NCBI RefSeq assembly: GCF_006345805.1
Contig: NC_043011.1
Coordinates: 19,852,464 to 19,916,463 of the forward strand
Direction of reading: 5' to 3'
Length of the DNA: 64,000 nucleotides
DNA from: Octopus sinensis
Taxonomy: Eukaryota
The notes below the pieces were generated by a model that saw nothing but the letters and a program-made list of their open reading frames with translations, had not been told where the DNA came from and ran no database searches. A program made the position numbers and the translations under genes. Shown here piece after piece: positions 13,200 through 26,845 of the stretch. Numbering within the stretch: position 1 is the first letter of the stretch; every line of letters begins with the position of its first letter.

Positions 13200-15649
13200 T
13201 ATGTCTGTATTTATATGAGTGCATGTGTTTATGCATGTATGTATGCATGTGTGAATGAATGCATGCATGCATATATGTATGCATATATGTAAATGTAAAT
13301 ATATTTACTGGAAGATCTTATAACATACATACAAACATGTATATATATATATATTATATATATATATATATGTGTGTGTGTATATGTATATGTATATATA
13401 TAATACTCGAGGAAACACTAACACTGAAAGCTACTCAAACATACAAAATTCCTTCTTGTAAAATATTGAAACCCCGAGCTATGCATATCTATATCAAATA
13501 CAACTGTCAATAGTACTTGAAAATTCGCTCTGTAATATATGAACATAAGAATATCTATAAAGTGATTCTCACAGGCTAAAACCCCTACGCATCTATACAT
13601 ATGTAACTACAATCATTACACTTCTTTTTGTAGCTATATCATATGACGTAGACTGGTTTCATCTACAATTGTGAGAAAGTGATTATGTTTTCAAAAACTT
13701 AATGTCCTCACCCGTTCGTATAGTGCACGCGTGACTTTCCCTGTTGCATCCACAAATACACACCAAAGAAATAACAAGGAGATTTATAAGTACATTTTAA
13801 CATTTTCAATGTTTATTTAGCTCATTTATTATTAATCTCATGATTGTACGTATTACAACTTGTTAATCAATGCCTGCACCTGTCTTATAACAATTGAAAG
13901 TAACGATTAAATGCGTATAAGCCCTAAAATTAGTTTAGAATGACATGTCCCTTATTAATATCCTGTTGTCGATGAATTTTAAATTATGCTGTGTAGTTAT
14001 AGAAAGTATTATTGTATTATGTCACAATGTTGTTTTTTTTAAACCACATTAGTTTTATTTTATAAACAGCAAGCATAACGGGTGACATAGCACACCTGAA
14101 CAGCTTTTTATGCTTGACCTCATATGTAGGTAACGTTATTTTGAAGTCCAAGCATCGAAATATTTAAGTTAATATAAACATATTAGTCAGAAACGAAATT
14201 AATATAATATAATATAACATATAATATAACACTGTGTAGCATTTGTTTTCTTTGTATTTGTTCAGTAAGTGTTATTTCATATTTACTTCTATCTATAAAT
14301 CAAACGAGATTACAACTATTTTTGGACACCAAAGTTTTGAAACTGACCTATTTTCCATTACATTTCAGACAGATTCAGCATTGAGTTGCTAAAGCAGAAA
14401 TATCATTATAGCAAATATTCTGCTAAATACCACATATTTTCTTGTCAGTTGCCTTACCTTGAGCATGTCTCACAGTAGCTGACAGTATCTCCATCTTTGA
14501 TCATGATCAGGAGTAACGGAGGAGTGTCATAGTCATGTGTCGAGGGCGATTCTTTGGGGTTTGGATAAATATAGTAAAAGCAAAGTTTGAAGGAAATATT
14601 AGCCATATTTCATCCTATCTAGCGGTAAGCAAATAGGAAATAAGAGTTGCTACTCAAGGACAAAAATCATGTTACACAGTGAGAGCAATGCATAGTTCTG
14701 CGAAGTGAAAACGAAAAAATTAGTCATTCCACTCAGATTAACCTATGACTATAATTACCTGGATTATTATGACTAAAGGTTCCGGCTCACCAGGTACGAA
14801 CAGTGAAGACCACCCACCACCACATTGGCAGCAAGGAAGTGCACCAAAGAAAGGTGGAGTAACTGGACAATATCTGACCAAGATCCAGAAAACAACAATC
14901 GGGTAAAAAATGTGGTTGCACATGCACCAGGCGCTAGCATAAAGAAACCGCTTTAAAGAACACCATAATGAAATTCTATAAGAAACAGTAAATGCATGAT
15001 CAAGAAATAGCCATCGATGTCGATATATCAGAAAATGATTTGACAATGGAGAAATATGGTTTTCTTATGAATTTCATTAACTTACATCCGTCTCAGATAT
15101 AAGATACAGTGGACTCATCGAAGCCTCTAAATGGATACTTGGGTACAGGCACACAAAATATAATCAAAGTATAGCAAAAATTATATCATCATATTTGTAT
15201 AATAAAAGGTAAAATTTTTAAAATCCAGAAAGAGATATAAGGATCAAGTAAGATAATCAGGATATTTAAACCAATTTAAACACTAAAAAATAGATTACTT
15301 TTATATAAAATAGAAGCTTCATAATACTTTATCCTAGCAAATTTTAAGGTGGTCATGATACAACCATTCAAACAATGAACCTAAATTACATTCAGAATTC
15401 ATCCGAGAAAGAGGTACACGTTCTGTATTGACTGAAAAGCAGAGATCAAAGGGGAAAAATGAGATTATTGGTTCTATAACTGATAAACTTATTTTAAATA
15501 TATAATCACATAAAAAAACCAACATAATAAAAAAAAAATCATACGGGTTGTAAGCGTATGAGGAGATATAAAAAGATGTAAAGACAAGAAGGTGATATAT
15601 AGAGGGAATTATATAAAATAATTACTAACCTTAAAGGTGTTTTTATTAT

Positions 15650-16450
15650 TTAATATTATTCCAATCAATACCTTTCATTAGTCTAATCATTTCTGATATA
15701 GTCTTCATTGCAGTGCATATGCATGCGCTAAAATAACTACAGGCATGATATAAATGTATTATCACACTAACAAGTTTTCGTGAGGGAGTCAGTGTGTTCA
15801 TCGACCGATTAAATCTTCCTCAAACTTCATCCTGCCATCTTGATGTATTGTAAATTATTCAGGATATCTATTTCAGCTTAATATGTTTATTAGTGTTTAT
15901 CTCTATTTGATTCAATGACTTTAAACAAGTCCACATTCAAGGTATCCTTGTGTATCTAGGACTCCATTGTAAAGTGTGTCTTTTAAGATGATAAGTTGTT
16001 CTATGATAAAACTTTGCGTGCTATATCTTACAACTTGTGCGATAATGTAGCGGGGTTTTTGTGCTGGATTATAATCCATATTTTTCTAAAGGACTTCTTT
16101 CAAATGTGTCTATCCGTTCAGCAAAATCTTTTAAAAGTGCATTGCGCTCTCGAAGATAATGAATTATAGATGTCAATATTTCTGCTGAAAAGATTCGTGA
16201 TCATTATCAATATATTTTTTTCTGTATTCTTTGCATCGTTTTACGTCTATCAAGGAGTATGTTATTTAAGTATTGCTGAATGTGTTAGAATACTTTTGCT
16301 TGTATGACTAGACCAGTAAGGGTAAATTCTCATAGCCATGGATATGTTAACATCAACGTTTATCGCTTCAGCTAAACATGATTTCACAAAGATGTCAAAC
16401 ATCTGGGAAAAATATTTCGTTTATTTTACGTTCCATTTGTATATTAATTG
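15650..16450 (-). pseudogene. Decayed LRR-protein remnant
   Basis: Hand translation: NIFPRCLTSL, ILTSIIHYLRERNAL..IDTFERSPLEK, MWTCLKSLNQIEINTNK (LxxLxxLxLxxN-like); many stops. Confidence 0.35.
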
Positions 16451-17215
16451 AGCAGCATTCTAAGTTTCCGTGGTTTATTTCTTTATGTACATTAGATGTA
16501 TCAATGTTCACAATATTATTGTAAGGCTATAATCAGATAATATTAGCCGATACATCAGTGTTGTGATATACAAAACAAGAAAAGAACTAGGAAAGATAGC
16601 ATTAATCTAAATATTATTCGAATTAAGTCATTTATGTTGAGTTATTTCCGGTAACGAGCTATACAGAATTGAATCACTATTTAATTATTTTCTTTCCAAA
16701 GTAATAAAAATTACAATATACACAACTCTCCAATTCTATATGTATTAAATTAATTTCTATCTCGCACAAAACGAAAGCAATCATTAAAATATAGAAATAT
16801 TAATTTCGTTATGTATTGCTATTTGGTTCCTTTGAAGTGTACTATCAAAGATTTATTCACCCGACAGCACTGTATTTACTTCATTTTTATTAATTTAGTT
16901 TGTTAAGCATTAAGCAATCATCTTTGCATATAATAGCCATGAATATCGCTGAATAAATTTCTGATATCAATATTCATCCGGGAACAGTTATGTAGAGAAA
17001 CAAAGCAGCATCGAAAAGAGAGCGAGGTGATTGATAAAATGTCGTGAAAACACATCATGTGTATATTTTCCCTGCTTTTGTTTGGCTTATTCGTCCATTC
17101 AAAGATACGAACGAACCCGCAGCCACACATATTTACATCTTTATGTGTACATACATAGATACAAACATATATATATAGGCATCTAGATATATAATACATA
17201 GATAAATATATATAA

Positions 17216-17287
<72 letters not shown>

Positions 17288-17304
17288 GTATATACATATA
17301 TTAT

Positions 17305-17336
<32 letters not shown>

Positions 17337-17893
17337 ATATATATATTATATATATATATATATAATATATATATATATACATATACATGCATACATTTAC
17401 AAAAGCGTTTTCTTAAAATTTATGTCAACAGCTAGGCGAATAGAAAGCCATATAGAAAACAATTGTAACTGTGGGTGCTAAAATCCCATTTATTGCTAGA
17501 AATAGGGGTTCAAAGTCTTATGGCTGCGTGAAAAGTACATTTATATATACTGAGAGGATAACCAACTGAGATAGAATATAAATGTTTGTGTTCGTGAGTG
17601 GGTGCCTAAAAGGTGTAAAGCAAAACCACCTACTCTTAAGTGGCATTTTAATATTTTCTTTAAAGATAGTAGATGTTTTTTTTTATTGCTGTTTGATGTG
17701 TAGATTTGATTAGAAGCCTTACATAGTCCATTAACCTATTAACTTATAATCATAGCTACAAGGTGTGATCATCAGCGTTAAGTTTTGACCGTGATGTACT
17801 GTTCCTATCTTTCATTATACATCGCAAAGATGACAATATAGTCAACACGGATTCAAAATTATGTATACATAAGCTTTAACCTGGTGTTGACTG

Positions 17894-17976
<83 letters not shown>

Positions 17977-18021
17977 TATGTGTGTATGTGTGTGTGTGTG
18001 TGTGTGTCCATGGTACTTATC

Positions 18022-18320
18022 AACTGCTATAGCCTCGGGCCGACCAATACTTTTTGAATGGATTTCGTAGACGGAAGCTGAAAGAAGCCCATCGTATATA
18101 TATATGCGTATGTTTGTTCCTGTCTCCCAATGATCGCTTGACAGCCAATGCTAACTTGTTTATATCCCCGTAACTTTGCACCTCAGCAAAAATATAGTTG
18201 TAATGCGAACTAAACCTACAGAGAATAAGCCATGGGTTCCATTTCTCCGACAAAAAACACTTTCAGGTGGCACCCAAGTATGGACGCAGTCAAACGACTG
18301 CAACGAATAAAAATAATAAA
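18022..18320 (+). mobile_element. SINE family A, diverged partial copy
   Basis: tatagcctcgggccgaccaa...gtagacggaagctgaaagaagccc...gcagtcaaacgactg. Confidence 0.75.
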
Positions 18321-18545
18321 AATGAATATGTATATTTGAATCACAATATATGGATTTATGTAAACCAGGAGTTCGCATGATAAAAGGTCCGTAATTTAAC
18401 ATTCTGTAAAATATATAAGATATAGCACAATAAATGATAAAACGAGGAGTGTAATTTATTTATTATTAAATATAATACTGTTGATTAGTTAAAAGTTACG
18501 AAGCAATGTGACGTGTTATTAGAATTATTTCTTCGTCAGTTACGG

Positions 18546-18578
<33 letters not shown>

Positions 18579-18756
18579 CAAAGCAATTAAGATTCAAGTA
18601 ATTTCCAATGAATTTACTTGAATGTGGTACTTAACTTAGATGCACCAGAAAAACTATATGGTGTTATCCATACAGTAATGTGGGGTGATTATAAACGAGA
18701 AAGAAGCAACAAGAATGGATTGGTTTTTAGTACAATTGTTTCATACAAAGACAGGC

Positions 18757-18845
18757 TTTAGCTGATGAGTACGGGACACTTTTATCTGCTGCAATTTTTG
18801 CAATTTGTAATAAAGCCTGTCTTTGTATGAAACAATTGTACTAAA
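18757..18845 (+). ncRNA. Type I hammerhead ribozyme with extended stem II, overlapping a perfect 65-bp inverted repeat (18696-18760 / 18811-18875)
   Basis: tttag-CTGATGA-gtac...gtat-GAAA-C AATT G-TA-ctaaa: intact core, 5-bp stem I, palindromic stem III. Confidence 0.8.
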
Positions 18846-18875
18846 AACCAATCCATTCTTGTTGCTTCTTTCTCG

Positions 18876-18911
<36 letters not shown>

Positions 18912-18934
18912 TATATATATATATATATATATAC

Positions 18935-19308
18935 AAAAATAAGCAACAAGTATGAATCCGGTAATTTAGTACAATTGTTTCATACTACAACATTTTATTA
19001 AAAGCTGTAAATCTTACAGCAGATTTATGATGCCGAGTAAACTTCAGCTAATTTTATATAGGTTTTCCAATAATATAAAGTTCTCAAATCAATTAATAAC
19101 ATCTTAGGGAAGATAAATATACAGATAAAGATGTAGATATGAATCTTAGGAACATGAGGTAGTGTAGTTTATGTCTACCATAATAGCTAGACTTAATAGT
19201 AAAAACATTAAGTTAGCCAGGAGTAGAATGAATAGTATCAACATGGATAGTAATAATAATTGTAATAACAGCATCAACAATAGAAATCACAATAATAATC
19301 ATTATAAC

Positions 19309-19370
<62 letters not shown>

Positions 19371-20980
19371 TAATATTAATAAAAATAATAATAATGGTAC
19401 TAATAGGGAAAATAAAAATTATACTAAAAATGATGATAGCAATAATAATAATAACAATAATAACAACATTGATATAAATATAAATAATGATAATAGCAAT
19501 ACCAGTAGTGTAGGTAGTATAGGTATTGGTATGTTAGATCAATAAATAGTAACCCTATTTTGGATATCAATATGACCACTAATAATGAAAATAATACTAA
19601 TAATATTACTAATAATATTTTAAATAACAGTAATGTGAGGGAACTATCCCTAAATAATTCCAAATCTGAATATTATCCCCCCAGTTGTAATTGTAGGATT
19701 AGATCAAATTGTTCGGCATCTGGTCGTTGTTCGGTCCAAAACGTAATTTATAAATGCACTGTAATAACTTCTAACGTTAGCTTTTTTTTATCTCGGTTGT
19801 TCTGTGGATTTTAAACGACGTCTTAACAATCATTTCTCCTCTTTTCGTATACACTATCTAGCAAAATTTGGGAACTTAAAACAAATAATATAGGATACAA
19901 CCTAAAATAGTATATATTTAGGAGGGCAAAACCTTATAGAAATAGTAGAGTAGGCTGTCAACTCTGTTCTATGGAAACCTATGAAATTTTAAAGTATCGA
20001 AGTAACAAAAATCTACTAAATAATCGTCTAGAGTTAGGTACATCGTGCATACATTCCACAATTAGAACTTTTAAATACTTTAAATAGAAATTTAAGTTTT
20101 CCTATTTTTTTTAACTGTAACTTTTTAATATAATAATAATATGAGATATACTATACTAACCTTTAATTTACTTTATAGTCAACTAGATTAACATCACTAT
20201 AATCTTGAAATTGCATCTTTCCCCAAATCTATTCTAATTTTAACATTAATACCATTGACCCAGTTATAAAATACGATATCTACTATAAATTAGATGAGTT
20301 TTTGTACCCTTCCCTTTGTGACAGAATTTAATTGACCTCTGTACGTTGGCCTAGATTTTTTCTCACCACAAAAATAAATAGCTTTTTGTTCTAGTGACAA
20401 CCTGAAATCCCTTCGTGTATTTTAAATCCTTCATTTTTTTCTGCAACTAATTTAAACCCCTTTTACAGTAGTCTTTCACATCTCCTTACCTAAATTCCTA
20501 CTAAAAATTCTGATGGCTTTCAGTTGAAAGTAGGGTTTGGTTAGTTAGTAGCTGACCTACTACCTCATATGTTCCTAAGAATTTAATGATAATCTACACT
20601 GACCTAAATTTTTTGTCACCACATAAATAAATTGACCCTTTGTTCTAGTGACAATCTGTTCTTTTACATCTCCTGTATTTTCCTCTTCTTTTCTTCAACT
20701 AACTTGAATTCTTGACCTGCCCTTACCCCTATCCTTATAACTAAAGACATTTTCTTACAACAGTCAGTTGTAAACAAGGTTTTGGTCAGTTGGCATCTAA
20801 ACTACACTACCTCATGTTCCTAAGATTCATATCAACATCTTTATCTGTATATTTACCTTCCCTAATATGTCATTAATTGATTTGAGAACTTTATATTATT
20901 GGAAAACCTATATAAAATTAGCTGAAGATTACTCGGCACCATAAATCTGCTGTAATATTTACAGCTTTTAATAAAAAGGT
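18935..20980 (+). mobile_element. Penelope-like element relic: GIY-YIG C-terminus with inverted pseudo-LTR copies
   Basis: 19684-20085 reads CNCRIRSNCSASGRCSVQNVIYKCTV...FKRRLNNHFSSF...IWELK...RRAKPY...CQLC.METYEI...LLNNRLEL..SCIH across frameshifts. 18990-19170 is the reverse complement of 20800-20975. Confidence 0.85.
18966..19051 (-). ncRNA. Type I hammerhead ribozyme in the inverted pseudo-LTR (A9 mutated)
   Basis: Minus strand: ttag-CTGAAG(T)-ttact...agtat-GAAA-C AATT G-TA-ctaa. The sense copy at 20918-20978 has intact CTGAAGA but is truncated before GAAA. Confidence 0.7.
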
Positions 20981-21091
20981 GATTATAATCACCTTGCATA
21001 TGTTTATGGGTAACACCATACAAACTTCTGGTGCATCTAAATTAAGTGCCATATTCATTTGAATCTAAATTGTTGCTGAATTTATATATAT

Positions 21092-21142
<51 letters not shown>

Positions 21143-21321
21143 ATATTAGGGAATAAATCCAAAATTACAGGGAAAATCAGATTTAGGATTAAATCCAATT
21201 TTATAGTAAAATATTATATAATATTAATTAGAGACAAAACCTCTATTTTGCAAATCAAACAAAGAAAGACTTAATCCAATACATAAAAAAATTTAATATA
21301 AATTAAATAAAATTAAATTCG

Positions 21322-21367
21322 CCACTACAATTGTTTCGTGTCTCTTCTAAGGACATTCATCTGGTGG
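21322..21367 (-). ncRNA. Minimal type I hammerhead (U4->A) in the loop of an inverted-repeat cassette (arms ~21215-21275 / ~21390-21450)
   Basis: Minus strand: ccac-CAGATGA-a tgtc...gacac-GAAA-C AATT G-TA-gtgg; cassette flanked by (TA)n on both sides. Confidence 0.7.
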
Positions 21368-21437
21368 ATTTCAGATCTTCTATTCATGTATTAAGTCTTT
21401 CTTTGTTTGATTTGCAAAATAGTGGTTTTGTCTCTAA

Positions 21438-21470
<33 letters not shown>

Positions 21471-21690
21471 TACATACATACATACATACAAACATACATG
21501 CATACATATATATTTATATATGTATGCATATATGGGTACAGGACCTCACCAACTGTAAGTGTGTGTATGTGTGTGTGCGGTATATATATATACATGTATG
21601 TATATATATATATATACATATATACACACATATATATGTATATATATATATATGTGTATGTATGTATGTATATATGTATGTGTGTGTATA

Positions 21691-22062
21691 TAGGAGTGGC
21701 TGTGTGGTAAGTAGCTTGCTAACCAACCACACGGTTGCTGGTTCAGTCCCACTGCGTGGCATCTTGGGCAGGTGTCTTCTGCTATAGCCCCGGGCCGACC
21801 AATGCCTTATGAGTGGATTTGGTAGACGGAAACTGAAAGAAGCCTGTCGTATATATGTATATATATATATGTATGTGTGTGTGATTGTGTGTCTGTGTTT
21901 GTCCCCTTAGCATTGCTTGACAACCGATGCTGGTGTGTTTGCGTCCCCGTCACTTAGCGGTTCGGCAAAAAGAGACCGATAGAATAAGTACTAAAAAGGT
22001 GGTGCTCCAGCATGGCCGCAGTCAAAATGACTGAAACAAGTAAAAGAGTAAAAGAGTAAAGA

Positions 22063-22064
<2 letters not shown>
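21691..22064 (+). mobile_element. tRNA-derived SINE family A, near full length
   Basis: A-box-like gtggctgtgtggtaag, B-box-like ggttcagtccc, internal (TA)/(TG) tract, tail gactgaaacaag(taaaagag)n; repeated about 10 times in the window. Confidence 0.9.
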
Positions 22065-22101
<37 letters not shown>

Positions 22102-22355
22102 AACACATTCATACAGATATACACTCAAACATATATAGACACATATATGAGCATGCACATGTATACACTTACATATTTATGCACAGGGGAATTAGCCATA
22201 TATGATATCAGATTAATTAAATAGCTGTGATATCGAAGCTTGCGTTGTTGCATGAGCGTTATATTATTGATTGTTATTGCTAATGTTTTTCGCTTTGCAT
22301 GTAAAATCCAAAGTGAAATAATGAATGCCTACTTTAAATAGTTCTAAATATAATA

Positions 22356-23585
22356 CATGGTGTCCCAAAATTAATGCAACCAACATTTTTCAATATTGAG
22401 AAAACAAAATATTGTCATATTTGGATTCTGAGCGTTGCAAAGCAATGGTAAAGGAAACACAGTTAGGACACTACCACATTTATTCAATATGACCACATCT
22501 GTTTCGAATCACAGCCTCAAGTCTATGTGAAGAGGCTCCACACGTGGCACGCAGCTGTTCTGACGGAATCGAAGCCCATTCCTAGCGCGCTTTTTCCTTC
22601 AGAGCGTCGAGCGAAACACAAGGCGTACTCAACACACTCATCTCTAGAATGGATGAAACAGAAATTTCCAATGCGTTCAAAATTCCAATGCTTCGTGAGG
22701 GCCATACATCCTTGCGTATGAACGACGGGCTGTGTCTCTGAATGCATTCCTGTGTCTGTCTGTGGGATGGTAGCGTGTCCTGTTGAAGGTTTCAAGGCGC
22801 CCATGAAAGCGATTCAGCTTCCACAACTTCGATCTAATTACCGCTGATTGTTAAATTTAACTCCCGATAGCACAAAAACGAGAGGAGACCTTCCAGCTGC
22901 CCAAATCATAACTGACTATAACTGAATCTACCCTCGACTGAGCCAGATATACTCTAAAGTAGGTCATTCTGATGGTTTGCTATCTGTTCGATGTCAAATT
23001 TATTTTCATCAATGAACACCGTGTTGGACAGCGTGCCTTTAGCAATCTGATGCAGGATAAGACGACTTCTCTCCAGTCTCATGACTTGCATGAGCTGATG
23101 ATGGTGGATCAACTTTTAAGGTTGTGTCCTGTGATCCGCCTTCAGCACTCGATACATTACATCGATGTTTCGCTTTTTTTTTATGGCAAACAGTTTTTTG
23201 ACAGAATGACGAGCATTTCGTCGTCTCTTTTCTCTGGTACTTTTGATAAGCTGACGGGACTGCACACTTCTTTTTCGGCTACGTCAAAATCGATCAGCCG
23301 TAGAAACAGTCTCTTGAAATTTCTTGAAAATTTCCCAGACTGTTGTGCGCTTAATTTTAAGCTCTTTTACTCTAACTGTATTACTTTCGCCCTTCTGTGT
23401 TGAGGGTTATAGTTCTACTTCAGTTTATAGCCATCATCGAATTTATAAATCTGAATTTATTTAGACTGAAACAAAAATAAGACAATCTATGCTTTTATAA
23501 TGGTGTATAATTTTCATATCTAATCACATTTATTGATATTTTTTAAAGCTCGAAACTTCTTTTGCCTTAATTTTGGGACATTCTG
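22356..23585 (-). mobile_element. Tc1/mariner-superfamily element (maT/DD37D-like), ~1.23 kb with both TIRs, decayed
   Basis: TIRs catggtgtcccaaaattaatgcaa / ttgccttaattttgggacattctg, left TA. Minus-strand remnants VWEIFKKFQET, VFIDENKFDIEQIANHQND, RLEAVIRNRCGHIE*. Confidence 0.75.
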
Positions 23586-24069
23586 TGGGTTTAGCTACGA
23601 AAAGGTATTATATTTTATAAAAGAAATGCAATAACTATCTGGCATTGATATGTAATGCAGCAAATTAAAGTACATTGCTTTCAGATCTACTAAGTAAACG
23701 TTTGTGGACCCTACAAATAGAACGGTATATTATCGTTGTTCCTGCCTCTTACAATACTGACAGGTCTTCATTAAATTTTCTTCACTCTCAGTTAAAATAA
23801 AGTGATAATTTTGAAATGTATAAGAGTGAAATTAATAGATTATACTTAGAATTATATAATATTATAGACTTATAGAAATGTTTACAAATAAAAATATTTT
23901 AATAAAATTTTCTTCGGGATAGCAAAGTATTTTAAAATAAAACCAAAAGAAATTGCTCTGCACGCTATAATTATAATGCGATTTTTGTCATAAATAGATT
24001 AATTGAAGTATATTAAATATGCATACGTCATATTTCATGGAAGGATATTTAAATATTCCTTTCCTTTCT

Positions 24070-24313
24070 TTTCTACTTTAGGCCCGAATTTTTTGGGGAG
24101 GGGGTCCAGTCGATTAGATCAACCCTAGTATGCAACTGGTACTTAATGTATCGACCCCGAAAGGATGAAATGCAAAGTCGACCTCAGCAGAATTTGAACT
24201 CAGAACGTTAAGACAGACGAAATACCTATTTCTTTACTACCCACAAGGGGCTAAACACAGAGGGGACGAGCAAGGACAGACAAACGGATTTAGTCGATTG
24301 TATCTACTCCAGT
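24070..24313 (-). mobile_element. SINE family C fragments (composite)
   Basis: tcgaccccgaaaggatgaaatgcaaagtcgacctc...aatttgaactcagaacg and tatttctttactacccacaaggggctaaacacagagggga. Confidence 0.85.
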
Positions 24314-24316
24314 GTG

Positions 24317-24348
<32 letters not shown>

Positions 24349-24349
24349 A

Positions 24350-24392
<43 letters not shown>

Positions 24393-24419
24393 TACATATA
24401 TATATACATATATATATAT

Positions 24420-24433
24420 ACATATAATGTACA

Positions 24434-24471
<38 letters not shown>

Positions 24472-25741
24472 CATACATATACATATATATACATAAACGT
24501 ATGAATATGTGTATATATAATTTGGTGTGTGTGCGTTTGTATGTACCACATTTACCCACCATCCATGGGTTTCCTAGGAGAAATATTTGCATTGTTTAGC
24601 GACTTATTTTATATGGATAGTTTGCGTTGTTTCAAATATTGAAAGTTTGGAATGAAATACATTTCGCAAAATTCTTACTTCTGTGTAGAGTACTTTTGCT
24701 GCAGCGACAACAACAATAGACATAAAAGTTTTATATATTTCTCCAAGCTCTGTTACGTACAGTGTTTTCTATAGATAAATGAATGTTCCCTAGAGGTATG
24801 ACTTGATATACAGCCAAATACATCTTCGATCCAATAACAGTGAACGAATACACGATACACCATTCATTAGGCTGCTTTAAATAATTACATTGAATATTTT
24901 TCCTTGTGTTGCTTTGTCCATAAATAATATCTACTTAAGGCTACCTACTATAGAGATCTAAAAAAAAAAACTGTAATAGAAGTCAATCGAAAGCTTTTCA
25001 ATATCTATAATTTAGATTGCCTCATCAAGGACTATCGTTAACACAAAGCCGTAAACTTTTAAATTAATTCTAAGAAGTAACAATTACATCTTCAACTATT
25101 TTTGAAACTGTATTTCCTAAAGGAGGACTAATAAAAAGAAAAACAGTCTACTTACCTAACATCAATCTCTCTTCCTACTATTAACAAGCATTTCTGTCGT
25201 GATCAATTCATACTATGGCGTTTATTTCTTGCTTTCATTGATAAGTTTTGACGATAAAGCTGATGATATTTCCTATCTCATTGTGAGAGCTATTTCAATT
25301 GATGAAAGTACGCCGACAGACAGTAAACCGGAAATTGTTTTATCAAACACACTCTTTAAAATCCACGAATACAAACTGAGTTTCAACAATTATAAGAAAG
25401 AAGAATGGGCCATTTTCAGGTCCATGGTAAGGTCTGCATACCCGTATTGCAGGAAGTATAAGTTGTGAAATCTTTGTTTAGAAGTTATTTTATATATTCC
25501 ATTATGTAAAAATAAATGATTAATAAAAATTCTGAACTTATGAGGTGTAAGTTTGAAAGTACTTTCAAAAACACAAAACGAAATATTCATTAGAAAATTA
25601 CCAATTATTCTAGTTACTACTCGAAACCCACTTTTGGATGGATTTCTAAACAGATATCCACTGCAATATATCAAAAAAATATATCGTGTGGTGGAGGCGT
25701 AATGGCCTTGTGGTTAGGGCAGTGGACTCGCGGTTGTAGGA
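24420..25741 (+). repeat. Near-identical duplicate of 26880-28199
   Basis: Identical ORFs 25199..25468 and 27657..27926. By eye only about two substitutions and one A-run indel outside the microsatellite; copy 1 breaks off inside a SINE head. Confidence 0.95.
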
Positions 25742-25939
25742 ATGTCAAAGAAAAATGTAGAATAGTCTGTTATTAATTTTACAATATTTTTTTTACATCG
25801 TGTTCATATTTGCAATGAAAAAAACATCCTTATTCTCTTCAGAGGTCTATTCTAATAGAAATTGATTCTATAGTTTCGCTCTCGCCTCAGAGTCATTTAA
25901 GATATTACATAAATAGTTGTTTCACTTTCTCGCAGTATA

Positions 25940-26510
25940 TTGTCTATACTATTTTCACAATATTCACTGTATTCTGCTTATTAACAGAATTGTTAAAGTA
26001 TCTCATACATAAGCAACCATAAAACTCCAATTATATTTGTAACTACAATAGTGACTGCGCTACGGAAAGAAAATTAGTTGCTTTCTATTCAGAACAATAG
26101 ACAGTCAAATCTAGATATGCAATGTTACCTAAAGGTTTAACTTTGTTATCTTACCAAAACAATAATATTTCATAAGCAGACTTCAATATAAGAAAATATT
26201 ACAAACGTAGAAAGTATAGATTTTTGGTTACTCTATTATGAATGTAAAATATATCTCTGACAATGAGAATTGCTATGGTCAAATTACTGATATTGGTGTT
26301 AACGCCATTGTTCAAAATTGAATTGTTTTAAAACTATTTTATGTGCAACACTATAATTTCTGATATAAAGGACTACATCTACCAAATTGTGAGAAACTGA
26401 GCGTGCATATGCATCTATAAATTATGTGTGTATTGTGTGTGAATTTTGTCTGTATACGTTTGTGCTTGCATGTGTCTGTGTACATGTATATCAGTAAAAT
26501 ATATGTGCAT

Positions 26511-26594
<84 letters not shown>

Positions 26595-26796
26595 TTTGTG
26601 TGTGTGTGTGTGCTTGTATGTGTGTATACGTATATATGTACGAATATCGTTCGTAAACTTAAAATCATGTGATTTATAAGAATAGTTTTTTGTATCTACT
26701 ATTATTGTCAGAATAATTGTGAAGACGATTACACTCACATTCAAGCATGCACGCTCATACATGCTCACACACATACATATATAAATATATATACAT

Positions 26797-26845
<49 letters not shown>

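Noticed and set aside
14900-15150. RFKEH-containing stretch resembling a GIY-YIG remnant
   Set aside because: Single short motif with stops; insufficient evidence.
25199-25468. 89-aa ORF (and its twin 27657..27926) as a functional small gene
   Set aside because: Non-ATG start inside a frameshifted pseudogene; its apparent conservation is only the near-identical duplication.
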